64,000 nucleotides of DNA, from positions 8,758 through 72,757 of the forward strand of contig JBMYNT010000001.1 of the NCBI GenBank assembly GCA_049598575.1, read 5' to 3'. The DNA comes from Candidatus Poseidoniaceae archaeon. Lineage in GTDB: Archaea; Thermoplasmatota; Poseidoniia; Poseidoniales; Poseidoniaceae. The notes under the pieces were generated by a model that was given only the letters and a program-made list of their open reading frames with translations, searched no databases and was not told the DNA's origin. Below, one piece after another: positions 25,996 to 35,413 of the stretch; the first letter of the stretch is position 1, and each line of letters opens with the position of its first letter. Position numbers and translations under genes: made by a program.

Positions 25996-26685
25996 TCACT
26001 TCAGCTGCTGTTCCATCAATCTGTACCACTTCATGCCCATCTCATGTTCTTCGAGAAGTTTGAACTGCTTGAATGGAGAAATCGATCGCATGTAACCGAA
26101 GGCAGCAAAATCAACGAGATTAGGGTTTTCTCCTCCAAAGTAGGATTGCCCATCGAAGGAAGCGGTGTACTCCGTGAGTAAATCGTGCCAGAGTTTCTTC
26201 GGCGTTCGTCCATCTTTCTTGACACGCTTTCGAGCAATGATTCCCCACATGATGGGGAAACCTGCCCATGCGTACAGCCTCCTGGAAATGAATCCAAACT
26301 TTTCCAATTTTGATACACGTCGAGTTGTGCTCAGAGCAGCCCCCAGTGAACCGTAGAGGATTGGTATCGTGGCTCGTTTCCAGGCTTCATCAACATGGGC
26401 GAGCATTGTATCGTATCGTTCGTTACCCTGTTCGCTTGAGAGCGTCGATTTGTTGTATTTCTCATCGATGTAGTTCATGATCGGGGTCGAATCAACGACA
26501 ACTTCTCCGTCACCGTCAGTGAAGACGGGGACCTTATTCCACCCATCTGTGAACGAAAGTTCCTTTTTGGTACGCATTGCGTTGACTTGGATTTCTTCCA
26601 CATCGAGCCCAAGATGTTCGATGAGTCCGCGCACCTTCCACGAGAACGGACATGTTTGCAACACGTGCAACGTCGCTTGGCTCAT
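25996..26685 (-). CDS. Glutathione S-transferase / glutaredoxin-2-like thioredoxin-fold protein
   Basis: CPFS active-site-like motif near the N-terminus with a GST-like helical C-terminus. Start trimmed to MSQATLHV. Confidence 0.5.
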   Translation of the reverse strand: MSQATLHVLQTCPFSWKVRGLIEHLGLDVEEIQVNAMRTKKELSFTDGWNKVPVFTDGDGEVVVDSTPIMNYIDEKYNKSTLSSEQGNERYDTMLAHVDEAWKRATIPILYGSLGAALSTTRRVSKLEKFGFISRRLYAWAGFPIMWGIIARKRVKKDGRTPKKLWHDLLTEYTASFDGQSYFGGENPNLVDFAAFGYMRSISPFKQFKLLEEHEMGMKWYRLMEQQLK

Positions 26686-26711
26686 GGTAAACTCCACCTG
26701 AGCGTCCTTCT

Positions 26712-27047
26712 TCAATCCTCGTTATGGTCTTGGTCAGGACGCCAACCAGGTTTCCAAAACTCTTCGTTGTCCAACCATTCCATCCATTCATCGTCTGCGC
26801 AGGCAAGTAAGCGATAGGCTCGACTTTCAAGCCCTTCTCTGTTGTACTCTGGTAGTGTGCCTTCAGCATAGGCTTGATGCCAATTAACTTGCATTTGACG
26901 AATTTCTCTGCGAGCCCCTTCCGGATTGTCAAAATTCATCTCGCAAACATCCCGAAGTTCTGAGAGCCATTGTCGCGTGTCTTTGCGAAGAGGATCATCG
27001 ATTCGATGTCTGGTTGATGATTTCTTACCGAACGGCCACCAACCCAT
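26712..27047 (-). CDS. Hypothetical acidic Trp-rich protein
   Basis: ORF 26712..27164 with start trimmed to MGWWPF to avoid overlapping rlmH. No motif recognised. Confidence 0.3.
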   Translation of the reverse strand: MGWWPFGKKSSTRHRIDDPLRKDTRQWLSELRDVCEMNFDNPEGARREIRQMQVNWHQAYAEGTLPEYNREGLESRAYRLLACADDEWMEWLDNEEFWKPGWRPDQDHNED

Positions 27048-27118
27048 GAGTTCTGTTTTCGCACCTACGTTTTCATCTTTCGCATGAAGATGAAAAACAA
27101 GAAGGCATTCGACCAACC

Positions 27119-27541
27119 ATGGGACGAATCCATCTCCACCTCCACGGCAAGCTGAAGGATTCATCGCTCAAAACTCTCGCAGAATCCTATCAGGCACGGT
27201 TGCAGAACACTGGAATTAGCGTTCATGTCCACAATGATGCGTTGCCAAAATACATCACGAAACTTGAGTCGATGGGCGGACAGTTGTTCCTTCTCGATGA
27301 ACGGGGCACAACCTTCACCTCGGTTGATTTTTCCAAAAAGGTTCAGTCTTGGACCCTTCAGGCATCAGACACACACGTTGCTATTGGTCCTGCGGAAGGC
27401 TGGAATAATCTCGGAGAACATCTGCCTCGAATCTCACTGTCAGAAATGACGTTCCCACATGAGTTTGCTGCGGTCCTATTCCTTGAGCAATTGTACCGGG
27501 CATTTCAGATTATCAAAGGAACATCGTATCATAAGGCTTGA
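27119..27541 (+). CDS. rlmH: 23S rRNA (pseudouridine-N3)-methyltransferase RlmH (SPOUT, YbeA family)
   Basis: Whole-length collinearity with RlmH, including the C-terminal HVAIGPAEGW...LSEMTFPHE...EQLYRA...YHK motifs. Confidence 0.7.
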   Translation: MGRIHLHLHGKLKDSSLKTLAESYQARLQNTGISVHVHNDALPKYITKLESMGGQLFLLDERGTTFTSVDFSKKVQSWTLQASDTHVAIGPAEGWNNLGEHLPRISLSEMTFPHEFAAVLFLEQLYRAFQIIKGTSYHKA

Positions 27542-27571
27542 GCGAATCCTAATCAACACAAAGATGGAGCA

Positions 27572-28354
27572 ATGGCCATGGCGGTCCCATTCAGCGATGA
27601 GGCAAGTCTGCGATGGATTCTCATCGCATTCGAGTTTTTCATCGGACTGGCTCTTGTCTACAACAGCAAGAATCAACCGTTTCCTCGTCCAAGTGCTCGC
27701 TTTGGTTGGCTTGTTCTTATGCTTGCAACCCTGGTTTTAATCGGTCAAGCAGCACCAAAGCCGATGACCATTTTTGCCCATTTCGTCATGTTGTCTGGAC
27801 TTGGGGGCTTTGGTTTGGTTGCAGGTGTTTACCAACTTGCTCAAACCCAACGAGACGTTCTCGTAGCACCTTATTCAGGAATGATGTTCTGTGTCGGTGT
27901 TGTAGGCCTCATGGTTTCAACGTGGGATGAACTTTCAACTGTTGAACAATGGGCAGGTTTCCTCACCATCGTTGTATTGGGCGGTGGTGAAACGTGGCTC
28001 ATTTTCCGCGGTTTACTGATCGGCAAACTTCCCAGAGCATGGTCCCAAGCAGGGATGGTTGCACTCATGCAAGGGCGATTGACGGGACGAAATGGAGCTA
28101 TCGAATGTTTCGAAAAAGGATGGGATGCGGATGAAGAGCACCTGAATCCTATGGCATACGTTGCTTTGCATCGAATACACACGTTCCTCGGTCAAGATGA
28201 GGAAGCTCAGAACTGGAAGACGTACCTAGAACGGGAGGGTGGAGAATCTGCCGTTGCTCGCGAATACGTTCAAGCCATCCACGATGCATTGACCAACTTG
28301 GATTCACAAGCTGCGGAACGTCTCCCCGTCCTCAAGGACGAAGAGTCCGAGTAG
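27572..28354 (+). CDS. Membrane protein (about 5 TM) with acidic C-terminal helical domain
   Basis: Hydropathy pattern only. Confidence 0.45.
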   Translation: MAMAVPFSDEASLRWILIAFEFFIGLALVYNSKNQPFPRPSARFGWLVLMLATLVLIGQAAPKPMTIFAHFVMLSGLGGFGLVAGVYQLAQTQRDVLVAPYSGMMFCVGVVGLMVSTWDELSTVEQWAGFLTIVVLGGGETWLIFRGLLIGKLPRAWSQAGMVALMQGRLTGRNGAIECFEKGWDADEEHLNPMAYVALHRIHTFLGQDEEAQNWKTYLEREGGESAVAREYVQAIHDALTNLDSQAAERLPVLKDEESE

Positions 28355-28425
28355 AGGTTCTTTTTCCGGATTCTTTCAAAATCTACGCAAAAACGAGATA
28401 ATTTAAAGAACGTAGACGTCGATTT

Positions 28426-28689
28426 ATGTATATGAACAAGCAAATTCCGGTCAAAGTATTCCTTTGGATGGTGATGTCCTGGTCTGCTGCAAACCTCTTC
28501 GCTCAGGCCATTTACATGGGCTTTCATGGTGTTCCATTTGACGGCATTGCAATGATTGACTCCCTTGGTAACTGGTACTATTTACTCGTCATTGTGGAAG
28601 TTGCGGTCTGGATGTACGTAGCTTTGTATTTTGGTAAGCGCTTCTTGTCGAAGATGAACCCGCCGACGCAAATTCAAGTGAACCATTGA
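28426..28689 (+). CDS. Small membrane protein (2-3 TM)
   Basis: 87 aa, hydrophobic. Confidence 0.35.
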   Translation: MYMNKQIPVKVFLWMVMSWSAANLFAQAIYMGFHGVPFDGIAMIDSLGNWYYLLVIVEVAVWMYVALYFGKRFLSKMNPPTQIQVNH

Positions 28690-28704
28690 AATCGATGTCA
28701 CGCA

Positions 28705-29235
28705 TTGAATACTTGCGATGAGATTAAGTGGTGCCACGAAGAACATGCCCACATGTTCAATCTTGACAGAGAACCATTGTTTTCTGGACAACCCATGCTT
28801 TTGGAAGATTTGAACGAGGAAGAAGTCCAGCGATTGGATGTCGAAAATCTCAGTGTCCTCAGCATCGATCAGGTCCGCGAAACACTTCCTGATGTCGAAC
28901 GCCAGCTGTCAACACTCCAAGCGATTGTTGACGAAGCGCATGATATGACGGAAGAGATTGAAATTCTCCTTGAATCCTTACCACCAGAACATCCTCACGT
29001 CGTTGAGATGTCAGAATTACTCGGCGGACTTGTCGCCCACTGGCAACAAACCATTGCGAAAATTGAACGGCACGGTGCACGCGTAGCAGGACTCGATCCG
29101 GGCCGAATCGAATGGTATGGTGTCGTCGACAATCATCTGATGCTCTATTCATGGACATGTGGCGAATCCGATATTGAGTGGTACTATGGTCTTGATGAAG
29201 GCTTCTCGTCCCGAAAACCACTCATAGAAGCATAA
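28705..29235 (+). CDS. Hypothetical acidic protein
   Basis: 176 aa; no motif recognised. Confidence 0.45.
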   Translation: MNTCDEIKWCHEEHAHMFNLDREPLFSGQPMLLEDLNEEEVQRLDVENLSVLSIDQVRETLPDVERQLSTLQAIVDEAHDMTEEIEILLESLPPEHPHVVEMSELLGGLVAHWQQTIAKIERHGARVAGLDPGRIEWYGVVDNHLMLYSWTCGESDIEWYYGLDEGFSSRKPLIEA

Positions 29236-29262
29236 CTTCCCAAAAGCATAGGGGAGCAGCAC

Positions 29263-29961
29263 ATGGTTCGAATTGACCGAGTTCACACTGGTGGCGGAGA
29301 CAAAGGCGAATCCTCCCTCGTCGACGGTAGTCGACGTCTCAAATCCGATGTGCGATTTTCTGTCGTTGGAGACTGCGACGAATTGAATTCGATTATTGGT
29401 CTTGTACGGATGGAATGTTCACGACTACCATTGCATCACCAAGATGGTGGAGACAGAAAAAATGCTGGACGCGTTCACTTCATCTGCGATACTGCTCTCT
29501 CACGCATTCAACACGAATTGTTTGATCTTGGTGCAGAATTGGCATGTCCGCCCGACAACCTTCCCGATTACATGGTCCTCATCAATGAAAACCAAGCTGA
29601 CACCTTGGTCTCCGACATGGATGCATGGTTAACGCAGACTGAGCCACTCACGTCGTTTATTCTCCCTGCCGGCGGCCCGCCTCAAGCGGTGCTTCACCAT
29701 GCTCGAACGGTTGCTCGGCGCCTCGAGAGAGGGATCGTTCAATTGCGTGAACATGAGGGGGAGCAATCGGTCCGTCCGTTGGTTCTCACGTATGTCAATC
29801 GTCTTTCAGACTGGCTTTTTGTCTTGAGCCGATGGATTACTGCTGTACTTGGAGAAGAAGAAATGCTCTGGCAACCTCTTGGAAAGCGAGGAAAGGAAGA
29901 CGGGATTGCAAATTCGATTTTGAGGCAAGCAGAACACGATGCTGATTTTGACAACATCTAA
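29263..29961 (+). CDS. ATP:cob(I)alamin adenosyltransferase, PduO/MMAB type
   Basis: N-terminal TGGGDKGESSL motif (counterpart of TGDxGxT) and family-typical length. Confidence 0.7.
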   Translation: MVRIDRVHTGGGDKGESSLVDGSRRLKSDVRFSVVGDCDELNSIIGLVRMECSRLPLHHQDGGDRKNAGRVHFICDTALSRIQHELFDLGAELACPPDNLPDYMVLINENQADTLVSDMDAWLTQTEPLTSFILPAGGPPQAVLHHARTVARRLERGIVQLREHEGEQSVRPLVLTYVNRLSDWLFVLSRWITAVLGEEEMLWQPLGKRGKEDGIANSILRQAEHDADFDNI

Positions 29962-30362
29962 TTGGTCGATTTTGCCTTCTCCCAGGCTTTGCGAACAACA
30001 CCACGCGTTTCGTCGTGTGTCAACTGGGCAAGCGCTTGTTCCCAATCCAACCACAGGTGGTCGCGATGTTCATGCGAGAGCGTAACATCAAGGGTATCTG
30101 TTTCTGCTAGAAACCAGAAGACTTCTTTCTCTCGCTTTCGCCCTTTGTGTCGGTACGTGTATGCCGTGCGCTCGACAAAGTCTTGATCAAACGTCAGTTC
30201 GGTGATTCCTGTTTCCTCTGCTAATTCTCGACGGACAGTAGCAACATGATCGACATCTGTGTCTTCGACGTGACCTTTTGGCAAATCCCAATGACCTTGC
30301 GGGTATTGCAACAGCAGAATGCTGTCGATGTTGACCAAAACAACGCCGCAAGAAGTCTCCAT
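29958..30362 (-). CDS. NUDIX hydrolase
   Basis: Nudix box GHWDLPKGHVEDTDVDHVATVRRELAEETGI. Start trimmed to METSCGVV. Confidence 0.75.
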   Translation of the reverse strand: METSCGVVLVNIDSILLLQYPQGHWDLPKGHVEDTDVDHVATVRRELAEETGITELTFDQDFVERTAYTYRHKGRKREKEVFWFLAETDTLDVTLSHEHRDHLWLDWEQALAQLTHDETRGVVRKAWEKAKSTN

Positions 30363-30463
30363 CTCATCCCCTCTGAATGGCCCTGTTAGGATTATCGTTT
30401 GATATCTTCGCGTCTTGTATCTGCCCAATAGGTTCAATATACGTCGAATTTGAGGTCCTGAAT

Positions 30464-31447
30464 ATGACAAGTGCGTCTTCGTTTCCGGACGTCCATCGAA
30501 TCGTTGCCGATTCGGACATGGATGGAATGTGCGCTGCGGTTGTCTTGAAGAAAGCCTACCCTGAAGCAGAGGTTCACTTTGCTCACGCAGCTCTCATTCG
30601 CTCAGGTATCATCGATCATCTCATCGATAAACACACGGTTACGGTCGATCTTCCGTTTCATCCAAACAGTGGCTGGTATCTTGATCATCACTTAACGAAC
30701 AAACCAACAGAAAAAGAACATGATGTTTTCACATCAAAGGGAGGTATTGTTCACTGGGATCACGCTCCTTCAGCAGCCCGCCTTGCCTTCGAATTGTTTC
30801 GAAAGCAGTACGCATTCCCTCATCTTGAAACAATTATGCCGCTCGTTGATGACCTCGATTCTGGTGGTATTCCCCTTGAAACATTTCGTGAGGATGGGCC
30901 ATTGCTGCAGTTGTCTCGAACGTTGAGTTACAACGATGCAGAGTACATGCATCATTTGCTCAATCTCTTCCTTTCATGCACTTCAATGGAACAAATCTAC
31001 AACGATGAAGTTGTTCAAGAACGCATGGAATTTGCAAGGACGTCGCGCAAAGAACTCATGGCTTTGGTTCAAGAAAAAACCACGATCGTGAATCGTTTGG
31101 CGATATGTCGCCTCGAGGATACAGGCCATCGTTCGAATGGGTATCTCATTACGGCTCATGCCGGCGAGGATGCAGATGCTTGTTGCATCATTCATGGATA
31201 CTCGGATGGTGAAATCGGAAACAAAACACGGCCACCTCTCTCTGCGAGTTTCTACGCGAATTCATTCCTCCCCCAAGGACAAAATCGCTACGACCTTTCT
31301 CGATTAGCAACGGAATTTGATCAGCATGGTGGCGGCCATGCAAATGCATGTGGTTGCCGTATCCAACCTCCAGGAATTGAATCCAATCTCGAGCGATGGA
31401 TGGAGATGTGGAACAATCGTGATGTTGATCTCAAATATCAACATTAG
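30464..31447 (+). CDS. DHH/DHHA1 phosphoesterase (NrnA-like)
   Basis: DSDMDG, DHH (LDHH) and C-terminal GGGH motifs. Start set at ATG 30464. Confidence 0.7.
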   Translation: MTSASSFPDVHRIVADSDMDGMCAAVVLKKAYPEAEVHFAHAALIRSGIIDHLIDKHTVTVDLPFHPNSGWYLDHHLTNKPTEKEHDVFTSKGGIVHWDHAPSAARLAFELFRKQYAFPHLETIMPLVDDLDSGGIPLETFREDGPLLQLSRTLSYNDAEYMHHLLNLFLSCTSMEQIYNDEVVQERMEFARTSRKELMALVQEKTTIVNRLAICRLEDTGHRSNGYLITAHAGEDADACCIIHGYSDGEIGNKTRPPLSASFYANSFLPQGQNRYDLSRLATEFDQHGGGHANACGCRIQPPGIESNLERWMEMWNNRDVDLKYQH

Positions 31448-31902
31448 ATGACTTGGAATGTGTAGATGAGCCCAAGGAATGCGTGAATCATCACCAAGGC
31501 CATCATCATATCCGATGCACGCCCATGCTTTGTCCGTTCAACCGTGAACGATTCATTTTGTTCTTTCAATTCAGCAGTTTTGCGGCCATGACGTACAACC
31601 AACCAGAGCAGGACCAAACCGACAGGGCCAGTGAAACCATGCAGATTCTGCGGAAGGAGATCGGATGTCCAATCATCGTTGACGATTTTTCCGGAGATGG
31701 CACGAGCTAAAAAAGCGATGATTGCTAAGCAGATTCCAGTCCAAAGTAACCACTCGCCATGCCGCTGATGACGAGCAATTGCCTGCTTGCGCTCATCACC
31801 TCGGAGCGTCATTCCTTTTTTTCTCCAGCCGTATTGTCGAATGAGCCACAATACGAAGATGGTTGCAAGAATTGGATGGATAAGCATGATGACCGTACGC
31901 AT
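31444..31902 (-). CDS. Membrane protein (4 TM)
   Basis: ORF 31444..32025 with start trimmed to MRTVIMLIHP; the upstream 41 codons are Pro/Ser-rich and would share a CATG start with the divergent gene. Confidence 0.4.
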   Translation of the reverse strand: MRTVIMLIHPILATIFVLWLIRQYGWRKKGMTLRGDERKQAIARHQRHGEWLLWTGICLAIIAFLARAISGKIVNDDWTSDLLPQNLHGFTGPVGLVLLWLVVRHGRKTAELKEQNESFTVERTKHGRASDMMMALVMIHAFLGLIYTFQVI

Positions 31903-32023
31903 TACCACATCCACTCCTCCGCTGTTTCCTGCGAGGCTTGACTTCCTTGAATTGGTTTCTCTTGTGCTTGTGACCCTAGCGGTGAGTTCAAAGGTTGGAT
32001 GACGAGGGAAAGGCGGGGGCGCC

Positions 32024-35000
32024 ATGCAAGAATCTTATCTTGAGGCATGTCTTGAAGCAGGATTCAAGACGATTAAGAATCGACGGCTAAATGCTGTCGG
32101 TAAATGCCCTGAGTATACATTAATGGATAAACCATGGAAAGAACTGGTCAAACTTGCCGTTCTTGAGACCGAAATTCCAGGCCAAGATGAAGATGGTGAA
32201 ACCATTGCTCCGTCGCCACGTTTCCGTCGCGGTCGTCGTCGTGGTCGCCAACAATCGACCATCCCATCTCCAACGGATATTCAATCAATGACCGAGGAAA
32301 CTCCAGCGCTGCGGTTTGCTCTCCTTTTGGTCAATAAGTTCCTTCACGCTGAACAATGGGAAGAAGGCGATTATGCATCTCTTGAAACCGAATTGCGTGA
32401 GGCTTGTCTCGCTCAAGGCGTGCATTCGGTTTGGCATGAAATGGCAAAGAGAAGCGATCTATTTGGTCAATTTTCTGCGTGTCCAATCGCAGAATCCAAA
32501 TCTACTTCGAAGAAAAAGACGCTGGATTTGTCCGAAATTGCCATCGATCCGTTTGATGCCACATCTTGTCTTGATGTGTTCAAATCGATTCCGGATGAAC
32601 AGTACAGTGCCGAAGACCTCGTGTCAATGAAGCGTTTAATCAAGCGACTCTCCTCAGGAAAGTGGCCAAGCGTTGAATCAAATCTGTTGGAATTTGAAGG
32701 AAATCTTTCATTGGTTTCTCTGTTAATTGCTTTGAACACCCATAGTGCAACCGACGTGATTCTTGGACGACTACGGAAGGCGAACAAATCACTCGCAGAA
32801 CGATACGAGCTTGCTATGATCCTGACCAGCGATTCGATTGAGTGGAGTGATGCTTATCTTACACAGAACGATGATGATCTAGGCAAGGCACTTCTCGAAT
32901 TGGCGTGGTTGAATGGTCCGTTGGATCGCATGAGTCCGAAAACATCCCAGTTGGAAATTGGCCTCGAAATCCTCATCAATGCTCAAGCACCAACAAATCG
33001 AGTTGATGTTGTACGATGGAAGATGCTTCAGCACTACGTGGAAGAAGCTCGAAGTGACGATGCTTTGGAAATCATACAATCCATCTCCCTTGAACACGAT
33101 TCTGATGCATCAGAACTGCTGCCGCTCTTGATTCAACTGAACCATCCCGATGCTTATACCTGGCTCGAGGCCAACATGAACAACATCGATGAAGGAGGTC
33201 TGGTCTCCATTGCTCAAGAAGGTGCATTACCGACGTCGCTTCGAGCCAAGGGTTTGGTTTTACTCCGAAATCAAAACGGTGAAGGCTGGACAGAGGTCCA
33301 ATCTCTTGCCGTTCATATCTTTGTCCAGACTCTCAACTTGGATGAGTTGGCTACCATTTTGCTTGAGGATGAACTTGCTATTCCTACGCATCCATTCGAG
33401 ACACTCATCGTTGCCCACCTTTTGAGTGCAAGTCATGATGAGGCGAACTGGAAATTGGCTCGAAGTGCACGAAAGAAAGCGCTGCAAGTGGTTCAATCGA
33501 CGGATGTACCTACTTCAATCAATGAAGATGAATACAAGTTGTTGCTCTTGCTTGAGGGGCGCATAGAGGAATCTGTTAGCAAACTTGAGTTGACCGATAC
33601 GTTACCAAAGAAGGGAATCCTAGCAGTCAATCAAATCGTCAACGCCCTCTCGTCGGGTGGTTCTCATCTCGTTGATGAGAAACACCTCAGCAACGTCATT
33701 GAATCCTTGGAAGAGGGCGAAATGACCGATATGGGAGAAGCACTCATGCGAACAATCGTCTCGAAACTTCGATTGAACAATGTTCGTCTTTCTCTCGAAC
33801 GGGGAGATAATACGACCCAAGTCATTTCCTTGCTTGAGACCGTTTTGACGCAGCCGTCAATTCCTTATCCCATCGTTGATGGCGTTCGTGAGTTGATGTA
33901 TGAGTTCGATCTGGGAATCGAATCGCTCGTTCAATGGTACCAATCCCATCATCCACGTTCGATTTGGGCCCTGCTTGCACAAGCGACGCTCGATGCATCA
34001 AGAGGCAAGAATCTATCTGCCGCACGACTGTTCAAACGCTCAGCAGATTCTGGAGAGTTTGCTTACGATGAAGAAATGATGCTCTACCGAAAGGCGTTGA
34101 TTCACTTCGCATTCGACAAGAAATGGGGAGAGGCGAAGCAACTGCTGTCCGAGCATCCGAACCTGCGTGCAGCGATTACGAAGCGATTCCAATTGTATCT
34201 CGACGTGTCACACAAAGCATCGATTCAAGAGACTGCTCAGGCAACATCGATGTTGAAGAATTTCGTCAAGCGACAAGAAACCATTGTCGAAGAGACAGAA
34301 GAAGGCGAGAAAACGAGAACAAAAACCATCTTCAAAGAAGATGAACTTGACCTTCTCCACACCTATCCAGATGAGCACCCGAAACCATTGCCGAAAGAAC
34401 CGTTTACGGGTCGTCTACTTGCTGCTACGAATGCTTTGCAGCGTGACTACAGAACACAAAGTTCGAAGTCGTTTGATCGTCGATACCGTGACATCATGTT
34501 GATGCGCAATCCCGATGCGATGGAAGTCCATACACTTGCTCAACAAGCGAGTGAAACGTCGCCTCTGGATGCTCTTCGCATCCTTGAGCGTGCACAATTG
34601 TCTGGTCGTTTCAAAGACCGAAACAAATCCTTTGCGAACTTAGAATTGGTATTGTTCCGCCGACATCAATCCGATATACGCACATCGGATCGAAGGTACC
34701 TCAGACATCTTCCACTCAAGCCGCTTGTTTTGGTGGATACAAACATCGTCATCGATGCTTTGTATCAACGTATTCAAGAAAAGCTCAATCGTTCAAATCA
34801 CTTTGAAGATTCAACCAATCAGCGGTCCCATTTTGCAGGCTATCTTCTCTACTTAGCAGCGAACGACAAGGTCGACCTCTGGTTGCCGAAGGTTGTTCGA
34901 AGTGAAGTTGAGAACATCGCTCGTTCCATCGATGATATACGTTCGAGGTTCGAAAATGCACTCGTTGACAGCGAGGTTTTGGAATCAACCATGTCTCCCG

Positions 35001-35413
35001 AAAACATGAAATCAATCGTAGATGAGATTATCTTCGATTTCAGCACGTGGGCTGGTAATTCAGATGAAATCGAAGCCGAGGCTGTAAGCGATGAAGTGAA
35101 GTCTTCGATGGATGCGTTCCTTACGCAACACAATGAAATCTACGACGAATTAACAAAAATGCGTCAGCATTACGAGGGCAAGAACATTCGAACCGAAATT
35201 GATGGCAAGAAGATCTATCCTCAACACCCCGATCGAAAGATTATGCAATACGCTTCGGTACTCTCCAACCGCCCAATTGACAACGTTGGGTCAATTGTTG
35301 TAGCGACCCATGATGGTGATTTCACCGTTGTTGCTCGAGCATTCGAAGAGCGCTTTGGCTTCGGTATTGCAAAGAACAGTCGCACGCTAAAGCAATGGCT
35401 TCGAGAGTCATGA
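32024..35413 (+). CDS. Large (1129 aa) alpha-helical-repeat protein with C-terminal split PIN-domain nuclease
   Basis: About 870 aa predicted helical (TPR/HEAT-like) followed by VLVDTNIVID (Asp1), PKVVRSEVENI (Glu) and VVATHDGDF (Asp3/4), the PIN catalytic tetrad, with an insertion of about 100 aa between the Glu and the DGD. Confidence 0.65.
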   Translation: MQESYLEACLEAGFKTIKNRRLNAVGKCPEYTLMDKPWKELVKLAVLETEIPGQDEDGETIAPSPRFRRGRRRGRQQSTIPSPTDIQSMTEETPALRFALLLVNKFLHAEQWEEGDYASLETELREACLAQGVHSVWHEMAKRSDLFGQFSACPIAESKSTSKKKTLDLSEIAIDPFDATSCLDVFKSIPDEQYSAEDLVSMKRLIKRLSSGKWPSVESNLLEFEGNLSLVSLLIALNTHSATDVILGRLRKANKSLAERYELAMILTSDSIEWSDAYLTQNDDDLGKALLELAWLNGPLDRMSPKTSQLEIGLEILINAQAPTNRVDVVRWKMLQHYVEEARSDDALEIIQSISLEHDSDASELLPLLIQLNHPDAYTWLEANMNNIDEGGLVSIAQEGALPTSLRAKGLVLLRNQNGEGWTEVQSLAVHIFVQTLNLDELATILLEDELAIPTHPFETLIVAHLLSASHDEANWKLARSARKKALQVVQSTDVPTSINEDEYKLLLLLEGRIEESVSKLELTDTLPKKGILAVNQIVNALSSGGSHLVDEKHLSNVIESLEEGEMTDMGEALMRTIVSKLRLNNVRLSLERGDNTTQVISLLETVLTQPSIPYPIVDGVRELMYEFDLGIESLVQWYQSHHPRSIWALLAQATLDASRGKNLSAARLFKRSADSGEFAYDEEMMLYRKALIHFAFDKKWGEAKQLLSEHPNLRAAITKRFQLYLDVSHKASIQETAQATSMLKNFVKRQETIVEETEEGEKTRTKTIFKEDELDLLHTYPDEHPKPLPKEPFTGRLLAATNALQRDYRTQSSKSFDRRYRDIMLMRNPDAMEVHTLAQQASETSPLDALRILERAQLSGRFKDRNKSFANLELVLFRRHQSDIRTSDRRYLRHLPLKPLVLVDTNIVIDALYQRIQEKLNRSNHFEDSTNQRSHFAGYLLYLAANDKVDLWLPKVVRSEVENIARSIDDIRSRFENALVDSEVLESTMSPENMKSIVDEIIFDFSTWAGNSDEIEAEAVSDEVKSSMDAFLTQHNEIYDELTKMRQHYEGKNIRTEIDGKKIYPQHPDRKIMQYASVLSNRPIDNVGSIVVATHDGDFTVVARAFEERFGFGIAKNSRTLKQWLRES
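34721..35410 (+). other. PIN-like domain (split by insertion)
   Basis: Catalytic-residue motifs as described for the parent CDS; coordinates computed from residue positions. Confidence 0.55.
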
